Below, piece after piece: positions 29,901 through 37,800 of a stretch of 64,000 nucleotides of DNA. The stretch's first letter is position 1. Each line of letters starts with the position of its first letter. The translations under genes were made by a program, and so were the position numbers. The DNA comes from a virus. Where the stretch lies: IMG/VR virus record IMGVR_UViG_3300032235_000776, positions 27,959 to 91,958 of that record; one strand, written 5' to 3'. Under the pieces are notes generated by a model. That model had not been told where the DNA came from. It saw only the letters and a program-made list of their open reading frames with translations, and did no database searches.

Positions 29901-31899
29901 TACTATCATAGATAATACAATCCTTGGTAAAAATTTAACTGACTTAAAAAATAAAGACCTTAAGTTTATTAAAGTATTAAAGCTAAGAAACAATCTAACA
30001 AAAGAAGAATCTTTTATAAATCAATTTGAATTTAAAAATAATTATTCTACAGAACCAATTGTAGCTATTGCAAGTCCGGAAGATTTAAAGAAAGAAAAAG
30101 AAAATCAGTCACAAGAAGACGAATTCAATAGATTACCATTTGATTTATTTACTACAATAAGTAATGATGATGATATCTTCTTTATACAAGCTGGAGCAAG
30201 AAGAGAAAGAAAAGAAGTAGTTGATGAGAATGCTGCAGTAGGAAGATTAGTAGTTCAAAGATTAGCAGAACAATATAGTACTGAATCAGATAATGATGCT
30301 AAAATAAAATTTGAAACTCCTTCTTATGATGACCCTGAATCTCCATTCTATTTACAGCCAGGTGTTTCAAATCCTAATGTACCGGAAAGAATACAAGAGT
30401 TTATACTAGAAAAACTTAATGGTAAGAAATTCAGTGAGTTAAGTCCCGAGGAATTAAAAGAAATAAAAACATTCTTTGGTAAAACAGGTGCCATGGTAGA
30501 TAATGTAGGAAACTATATAACCTATGATAAAAATGGTTTCCCAAATAAAAATGGAATAATTCCAATGTTCTTTGTTCCTAAAGGAGAATTAAAAATATCA
30601 GGAGACAGTATTTCTTATGGTGGAAGAGAGTTAGTACCTATTTCTAAAATGAGTAAGAAATTAGATATGACAGAAGAAGAGGTTAAACAAAGAGCCAAAA
30701 CACAAGCTGCTTTCTTAGATAAATTGCATTCAAATGAAAAGCCTGATTATATTACTATATCAAATATATCACAGGGAGTAAAGAACCCTGAAGATACTTT
30801 AACATATGAAGATGTAAAAAGATTTGATGAAGAATCAAAACTAAAATTTGAAATGTCCAGAACTAAAAAGGAAAAAGGACAAATCTATATGAATTTAAAT
30901 GGAAGTACTACTAAATTAGAACAAAAAGCTATTGGAGAAGATGTAGCTCTTGCTATACTTGCATATCTTGGAGTTGAAGATGGTTATTTCTTAAGTAGAG
31001 GATTTAAAGTTGGTAAAGGAATAAAATCTCGTTACTCTGAGTTATTGAAGAAGGTAAATAATGCAAGTAATAACTTAGAGAAATTTAAAGCCAAAAAAGA
31101 ATATGTAGATTTCTTAAATAGAACCTTATTTACCGGTCTAAAAAACTTTAACGTATTATTTGATGTATATTTCATGATGGATAGTAATCCAGAAATCTTT
31201 GATGCTATTTCTTTAATGGATTATAACACAGATAAAACATCTAAAGAAGGTATTCCAAATTTATTTGAAATAGGTAATACTTGGAAAAGAGTAAATAATA
31301 ATAAAAATAATGACGATTATTATTCGTATCTTGATACTGTGACAAGTATGCTCTCAAAATTAGTTTTTGATACTAGCCCTGATTTTGTAGAATCAACTTA
31401 TAATGATAACTTTGTAACTAAGAACGAGACATTAAACATTGAAAAAGTTTACGTAAAAGAATACCTAATGGAAAAATATTCAGTAAACGGAATCATTGTA
31501 AATGACTCTTTATTAAACTCAATGAATAGATATTTATATTTAAAACCACGTATAGACGAAGAGGTATTACCTACAGAACCAGTTAATTTTGAAGAACTAG
31601 ATCTTGAATCAATGATCAATAGTCTAATAGATGCAGAAATGAAATCTGAGTTACCATCAAGAAAAGCTATTTCAAAAGAAGTAAAAACTTCTGCAAGAAA
31701 TGAAGAATTACCTGCTACAGATGATTTTAAAAATAAAGCAATGTCTGAAATTAGAAATGCATTAAAAGCAGTAAATGCTATATTACCAGAAGCAGAATCT
31801 AAAAAGATGAAGTCAGAAATTAAGAAGGCTAAGACTATGTCAGATGTAAACAAAATTAAAATGGAGATTTTTGAAAGATATAATTGTAAAATAAAATGA
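23974..31899 (+). CDS. Giant ejected virion protein 1 (RNAP-associated block)
   Basis: 2641 aa. Gly/Ala-rich hydrophobic N-terminal region with SEGLEESAQG motif typical of phage ejection proteins; long charged coiled coils. Confidence 0.7.
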   Translation: MDFLELPKNNSGIVESADKKGLGLNDILSKPLTKEQILNNPYAVIPLNKIEGVGRYLNSSTYNKLGFSFDPDLDTKYYKETPWYKQVGNATGQFFGQAGAAFDAQFSKLEQIKETFGTTDGDYLKDAFQASEDLREKYPVFKSSNETYGILGYIPFVGDSFSKWTNFIPNLGFTAGTLGGVFLENAVATAIIEATTGGLGTPLATSKWVKDLYSGIKSIKSFNDIKKMATFAKVGEGIYEAEKVLGSAGNIVRGVEAIKAGKSLKGSLHSIYGSYQLYSSAAAEALIENANSVGEVMKDFKTDFIDKNGREPNGEELARMQESAEGLILPSSLGNIGILMASNALQEMNAFKAGKSLSSFAISGSGKVGEAVGKKVIFDKTTGLYRDRLASEITKGKWLSAGRFLLGVGSEGLEESAQGVVAEATKNYFKAKYYNKPIGWTDALGQGFAYAASDQGMEEFWAGVVTGGLFSGGGKAINQYQFRKDEKALFKKTGKTIDQLAQDERKDLNEEVIPLLKYSLATSQSSENVKVQTVVQQKMNEAYSQGKQLQGDIYRGQGLNKAMFTAKYYGKDQELLNHYKELNKLERSDLAKYLNVEENQLASPEEFEETIKDLEFLSASIDRAAKKVPNPGKKVNISDPKYANMDPKEMQEAYIKDSVMFEAWQGAQELLVAQEFLLYKTKNKYKNLKLDLESTNVSLDLLAAVMSRDDETSALQKKLFFLQTRLEETDEKLKTQKNKKELKNLKTDKEELTKEIDEIKEKVKGDLPSNPTINYITELTKRIQEKTQSLQSLKEAEKTKDPLYTQYLEEIRNLQEEFLIVADERLSQEEKLTRINELRPDDKKFKFNREDLLRESNVNNLNDVINAFDLLGELKETIDYSEDVIGNLSSPEKMQKYGALMFDRIYRARKELFSNILAGKTSEDIEEEDEIISETEVKEKTKEKKKAPFKPGNKVIYQEKEYTLDKIEFKDGESTYILKDEKDNVVRVTDASELSTVEDKEKLSDIESLVITEENYNNWSNVRDRSDYDAFVEQVKYTLGQFDKVQDKSKITPETVEEMLSSVKAFSNKAIRDKVIPLIVAKYGAKETSVEEELVTLEKQPIETKEELSQEEKMHNEILSALANALDEAAFTGARKLTEEEKALEQEIIKTIQAKYGIKEKTPEQKLNFLNNNEGRVVKINGIQGVLTKVNENLFELETPNRIYELSPEDIKTFEQGSKPKSLAKYKVKNVTETEVVVNDVKYKINTDTKGNIISLSPENKPTQEIKNEKLLIAVEIERNKKKVADTTKTNQRVDKLESLYPTLNKMLDKMWDVNMTDTIAVALDKLYDNKPITESEALQTAIWLKDVFERIAEFIKPSNTKEENDVILEAYNIAEGINSLLYDNNNITTNYEENSKTATDVEEVKSNVSTKRDPSRNRRKNKVEETTEKEKGQKEKLIESLKQAKELVSKIKDLKVDLKEIFTLIKKRSYNSWKNSLDSDKLTLDLEDVALPWNDQAANDIEITKYLINRYIETELNMLGESGLGEKKEEEVIKTEPGNSGNLNVSDALETLDPVSKEDEKEPIKTKEDFILELAQKIADKIGQGKKYRFTKVEKEFYENNKNEINYLVEQLTNPVIESKEEEITKESFIDLFNKLLLISGKSIDKDSNPIYSILRRIKFSIADSWFKFKTKEVSYNLKKVLEKLSKTYTNVTFNNIPKKYFSKGEETQGAETYVNRIVNKNVQKEYDEFKLFEHQHSLHLDITKENTEAIMNILMDFANNNDVYILIGSAYNIARPDNIRIYSKGEKISTEKLDELLSRFTTLTSSTIDNPVINDIQYERLPSTQELIDFLKTVDEDIKEQILNYLGLYEKDRDFLKKGSRKDYKNGLSLNSLASAKILVKAYNKFKQTGKLNNRDIIEPVIKQQLKKAAFYGEVSDLYNELLSNDIFKQISNTDYFKSLVEEAKAKMDKLSVFNFANRTLSIGTVLYDKDNEYTIIDNTILGKNLTDLKNKDLKFIKVLKLRNNLTKEESFINQFEFKNNYSTEPIVAIASPEDLKKEKENQSQEDEFNRLPFDLFTTISNDDDIFFIQAGARRERKEVVDENAAVGRLVVQRLAEQYSTESDNDAKIKFETPSYDDPESPFYLQPGVSNPNVPERIQEFILEKLNGKKFSELSPEELKEIKTFFGKTGAMVDNVGNYITYDKNGFPNKNGIIPMFFVPKGELKISGDSISYGGRELVPISKMSKKLDMTEEEVKQRAKTQAAFLDKLHSNEKPDYITISNISQGVKNPEDTLTYEDVKRFDEESKLKFEMSRTKKEKGQIYMNLNGSTTKLEQKAIGEDVALAILAYLGVEDGYFLSRGFKVGKGIKSRYSELLKKVNNASNNLEKFKAKKEYVDFLNRTLFTGLKNFNVLFDVYFMMDSNPEIFDAISLMDYNTDKTSKEGIPNLFEIGNTWKRVNNNKNNDDYYSYLDTVTSMLSKLVFDTSPDFVESTYNDNFVTKNETLNIEKVYVKEYLMEKYSVNGIIVNDSLLNSMNRYLYLKPRIDEEVLPTEPVNFEELDLESMINSLIDAEMKSELPSRKAISKEVKTSARNEELPATDDFKNKAMSEIRNALKAVNAILPEAESKKMKSEIKKAKTMSDVNKIKMEIFERYNCKIK

Positions 31900-34800
31900 G
31901 TTTAAATTGTATAAGCGCAGATCAGATTAAAGATCTTGAAATAAAATATGGAATAACAAATTTAAGTATATTTTCTACTTTAACTCAAATAGAATTACTT
32001 GATGATTATTTAGGTAAGGTATCTTTAAAAGATATAAAAGAAAAAGAAAAAGAAGCAGTAAGAAAAAATCTAAGAGAAGATATACTTGATTTACTTAATG
32101 CATTAAATTCTAATGTTGAAGGAGAATCTACATCTATTAATAAAAATAGTTTTTATGTTCAATTAAAAACAGGAACTGAGGATAAAGATGTAGAAAAAGG
32201 ATTTAGTAGATTTGATCTAGGTGATTTCTCTGAGATGTTTAACTCTGCTTTTATATCTCTATATAATTCAGCATCTTTATTTCAATTGTTAAATGATGAA
32301 AAGAAAGCTGCAGGAGTAAAAAGATCAGAGTTTAAAAATGAAAACTTAACTAAAGTATTTTATAAGTTTTTAAAGCAAATAGATGAAATTACTAAGAAAG
32401 AGAATATATTTAGATTAAATGCTATTAAAGAAGTATTTAAGAACGAGGATGCTCCCTTTAAAAATTATGAAAAAGATGTTGAGACTAAGATGTTCTATGT
32501 AGAACAGGTCTTTCCATTTATGATTGATTTTCTTAGAATGTATTATCAAGAATACTTTAAACCAAATATTTGGGCCCCAAAATTTGCAGAAGCAAAAGTG
32601 GGTAATGCAGCAAATAGTACTATTGATGAACTTGTAAGAATAAACCCAGAGTTTGGTGCTTTATCTAGAAGTAAAGATATTCTTGTAGGAACAAATAGAG
32701 CCTTTATTGAGTTAGAAGAAGAACTATCTAAAAAGGGTCTAACAGTAGAAAAGAAGATAGAAATCATAAACAACTCTCCTTTTAATAAAGTTGCAGATGT
32801 ATTAATGGAGGCTTTCAGGTATAATGACAAGTCTTTTGGAGGAATGCAAGATGTTAATAGTGAGGAAATTGCAGAGACAGATGAGGAAAATAATATTCAA
32901 TCTTCTGATGATACTAAAATTACTAGAGAAGGATTCTCTTCTTCTGGTAATGAAAAATCAGGTTTTGATTCTGCAAGCAGTGAAACAAAATTAGTATTAT
33001 CTTCTTTATTTGATATTGGTCCGGAAGGAATGGTTACTGATATCTATGGACTTCCAACATTATTAAATGAAGTAGATACTTTTAAACAATTAAGCAAGCT
33101 ACTGAGAGGTAAAATAGATTACTCAGTTTTCTATAAAACTCTTCAAGAAAATAGAGAAAAGTATCCATTTATTAAACAATTACTTAGTGATTATTTACCA
33201 ATTGATCCATCTAAAGATATTGAAGAATTCTTTGATGATCCAAAATATAATGACAGTAAAAGAAAGTATTTATATAGAGTTAAACAGGCTTTCTTACAGG
33301 ACCTATCTAAGGATAGATTAGAGGCTAAGGAGATCAATTTATTCTTAAAAAAGAAATGGAAGAAAAACGGAACTTCTTATAATGCAATTAGAGCAGAAGT
33401 AAATAACGCTAAACAGAAAACACAAGTTTCCATAAAAAGAGATGCAACTACTCGTTTCCACCAAAAATATTTTAAAGAGAAACAAAAAGTATTTGGGGAA
33501 GCACTAGTAGGTAGTAATCAAAAAATAAGATTAGAGACTTTAGTAAAAGCGGCTTTAAAGTTTAAAAAAGTAAGTACTCAGTCCCTGGATGACATAAACT
33601 TAAAAGATGTGCTAGATATACTAGCTGTTTTTGGTATTGTACCTTCTAGAAGTGTAAAATCATTAAGAGGTATAAAGAGATTAATAACCGAAGAGAAAAA
33701 GGGTAAAAAAAGCATAGAAAGATTTTTTAGTTTACTACCACTTGAAGATAACTCCTTGTTTAAAGCAATAGTCACGGATACAAGTAAAAAAAGAATACCA
33801 GAAGAAGTAAAGTATTTACAAAAAATAATTTTATCAAAAATAAAAGAATTTGAGAATAAACCTCAAAGTCTAGAAAATACTCAAGATCTTATTGCTGCCT
33901 TAAAGAATCCAGAGTTTATAAATGCAACTCTTAAATCATTAAAGGTAATAGAAGAAACAAATAATTATACTCTTCAAAATGCAATTAATACAAATAACAA
34001 AGTTAAATCATTAGTTGAAGGGTATATAACCTTAATAACAGATAGATTTATAGATAGTAAAAAAATATCTTCATCCAAAGAAAAAGGTAAGATATCTTTA
34101 ACTGCAAAAGAATTAGAAAATAACTTACTTGATGAATTTGAAGCACTAAATAGAAGAGAGTTAAATGATGAGCTTACAAATAAAATTTCTTCAGCTGAAG
34201 AAGCAGACAAACTATTTGATAAACTTACAAACTTAACAGACCCTATGAATCAATTACAAGACATCATGGATGGATTGTATAAAAGTTATTATGCTTTGGA
34301 AGGTGATTACGTATTAGAAGATGATGGTATTACAGATTTTTCCGGTAAACCAAGGCACTTAATTCAATCTCTTAATAACTTAAAAATTAAAGAAAACGAT
34401 TTAAATGAAAGAAGTAATAAATTATTAGTTCGTTTCCCTGAGTTGGACCCTAAAAGAAATCCTTTAATTAAGAGTTCTTTTATATTTAATTTACTTTATG
34501 ATATTGATGCTGATGGAAATATAAAACCAAAATCCCAAAGCAATCTTAAAATAAGTATTAACAGTATCTTAGGGGTTAAATTAGAAAGTAAAGATGTAAA
34601 CTCTGGAGGATTATCCATTAATAGTCAGTATGAACAGGACCAAATATTATCTTCAATGATATTATTGTTATTTAATGGTCACGAAGAAAGTATGAACGTA
34701 GATAAAGAAGCTGCGTATAACATATTATTTAAAGGATTGAATCCTACTGAATATCTTGGTACTACTGAAAAAGTCACAATGACAAAAGACTTTTTACCAA

Positions 34801-37800
34801 TACCTTCTTCTATTATTTCCAATTTTTTTACCGGAGTATCCGTGGAAGAATTACAAAGTGATAAAACTATAAAGGTTAAAAAGTATTTAAATTATGCTAA
34901 GGGTAACAAAGGGTTAAAAGCAATTGAACCAATTGCAGGATTGTATAAAAACTACTTAACTCACTATCTATTAATGTATTATAAAATTGAAAAAGGAGAT
35001 TTACAATATGTTAAAGATGAATATGAAAATTTAGGTAAAAACTATAAAGGCTTAGGATTATTCGAAAAAGATAGTTCTAAAGATCCTAAAAACTATATAA
35101 TTGATGCTAAATTAAAAGAACAACTGAAACAATCAGTACTAGAATTAAATTTAGAAGGTAAATCTTTAGGTGAGATGACTCAAGAAATTGAGAATGTAAT
35201 TCTTAATTCAAAAGGTAAAACCAAAACAAAAAGTGGCTACATGGATTTCCAACAAGGATTATTTAACCACTTTGTAAATCAAGTAGAAGATTTAGTTGAT
35301 TCTTTAAGAACATACTCTAAAAATTATAGTGAACTTGACAATCTAATAAAACTATTTGAAGGAAATGGAAGTGAAGATGCCAAAAATCCTCTACCATATA
35401 TAAGCGATCTTATAGATACTGCAGATGGTTTTAGACCGGATAATACATCTTTATTAAAAGGATTATTACTAAACTATATAGTTAACTATGAAATATTAGC
35501 TCAGGAAAAACTGTTATTATTTTATGGTGACCCAATGTTTTTAAAAGAGTCATCCTATGTTAAAAGAGCAAGTTCTCCTGGCTCTACAGGTACGTTTGCT
35601 AATTTAGATCAATGGGATCTAGATTATTTTAACAATCCTAAAAATAAATCAGCATTTGCATTTGCTAAAGCATTAAATGAAAAATTAATAAAGGAAAAGA
35701 AAACTCCTTTAAATATGGACCTTCATAAACTAGATTATAAGTTTAGATATGGCCAAGTGGAAGATAATATTATAAAGTCTGCAGTTTATAATCAATTATT
35801 AGATGGGTTTAAACAATCCATTAAACAAAGATTTGGTGATAAATTTAGTGAAAAAGAAATTGATGAAAAAGCCAAAGTAGCTTTAGCAGCATATAATAAA
35901 CTAAATGAAGCGGATGGTTATGGAGTTATAACTTTAGATTGGTATAAGATACTTTCTGAATTAACAAAAACTTGGGGACCAGAACAAGATTATGTTTATG
36001 ACTTACTAGCAGCCGGAAAAGAAGTTCCTTACTCTTTATTATCAGTTACATTCCCAGTTAGAAAGTTCCAGTATACTGGATCTATATTTAAAGATGATCA
36101 AGCTATTCCAGCAGATGGATTGCATAAATTTTCACTTGCTCCTATATTACCGGGCTCAGATAATAATTTACAAACAAAAGCTGAGAACTTAATGAAAGAA
36201 GGAAAGGCCTATGAGATCTTTTCAAGTGCAAATAAAAAAGAAAAACTTTTAAATCCAAGTGGTGAAAAAGATTACTTTTATGATGGGAATCAGACAGATA
36301 GAATAATTAAACCATTAGAAGCCAGAAAAGTAAATGGTAAAATGGTTTATGACTCAGGTAAACAAGTTATTTATGGTGTTACTAACTTAATAAAAGACCA
36401 AGTACATATTGATACTGCAGTAAAAGATAAAGTTATCTTAGCAAGACAGTTAAAACGTGTTGGTAAAACTGACTTATTTGAAAATGGTATCCCATTTGAC
36501 TTTAAAGGTAATGAAAAAAGTGCATTACCATTAAAACAACAATGGGATTCACTTACTCAAAAACAAAAGAAAAATGCTTCTAAGACATATAAAATTTATA
36601 GAGGTATTGTAGATGATATAAGTAGTTTAATTGAGATTGAGCAAAATAACATTTTAGAACAATTAGGTTTTGAAATGACTGAAGAAAATGGAAAAACAAA
36701 GATTAATCTAATTCCTGGAGTAGGTAGACAAAAACTAATTGATACTCTTAAAAAGGAATTAAGAAAGAGAACTGTCCAGCAAAAATCAGGAAGTGGAAAT
36801 GTTTATTTAAAATTACTCAGTATTGAATCTAAAAATAAAGACGTTGAATTAGAAGCATTTGTAAACCAAAAAACTCTCAAGAGTATAATGGTATCTATTA
36901 TAAATAAAAATACTCGCTTTAGAAAATTCAATGGATCTAACTTAATTCAGGCTCCAGTAACCGGTATGGAATCAGCTTCTTTTACAAAAGATAATATTGG
37001 AGTTGATCAAACAGGTTACCTTAAAACATATACTTATGGAGAAAATGTTAATTCTGAAAGAATACAACAATTAGAAAAAGAAAAACAAGCTGAGTTAGAT
37101 GCTACAAAATCAAAAAATAAAAGAGCAGAAATAACTGAATTATATGATGCTAAAATAAATGCCTTAAAAGCAACTAGAATGTCTGAGGTAATGATGACCT
37201 TTACTCCAGAATGGGAATACTTATTAGGGTTATATCATAAGGGTTATGAAATCGGTACATTGGAAAATCTCAATAAAATTATAAGAACTGATAAAGAATG
37301 GGTAGAAGAGAACAAAGATAAATTAAGTATATTAGCAGTAAGGATTCCTATTCAAGATCCAAACTCAATTGAGGCATTTATAGTAAAAGAATTTCTACCA
37401 ATGTCAGTAGGTGCTAAAATTGTAGTTCCATCTGAAATCGTAGCTAAATCCGGGGGTGACTTTGACATTGATAAACTTATGGTTTATTACTATAATGTAG
37501 ATAAAGAAACTGGTGAAATACCATTTGATAACAGTACTGCAGGTTTAGAAAATAGAATCATAAAAGGTTACCTAGACTTGTTACTTTTACCAGAAATGTT
37601 CTACAAACTTATAACAGCTAATAGTATTGCTGTTTTAAAGGATGAAGAAAAAGATGAAAATGATAATACTCCTAATGGACAAATTGTAGATGAATTAAAT
37701 TATTATAAAGGCCAAAGTATTCTTAGATATGATAATACAGATTTAAGAATGCCTTTGTTTAACTTAAGGCAAAAAACAATTTTACAAATTGCGAAGAAAT

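Noticed and set aside
31896-31899. Programmed frameshift or readthrough fusing the giant genes
   Set aside because: Ordinary ATGA overlap like many others in the window; no slippery heptamer plus downstream structure seen.
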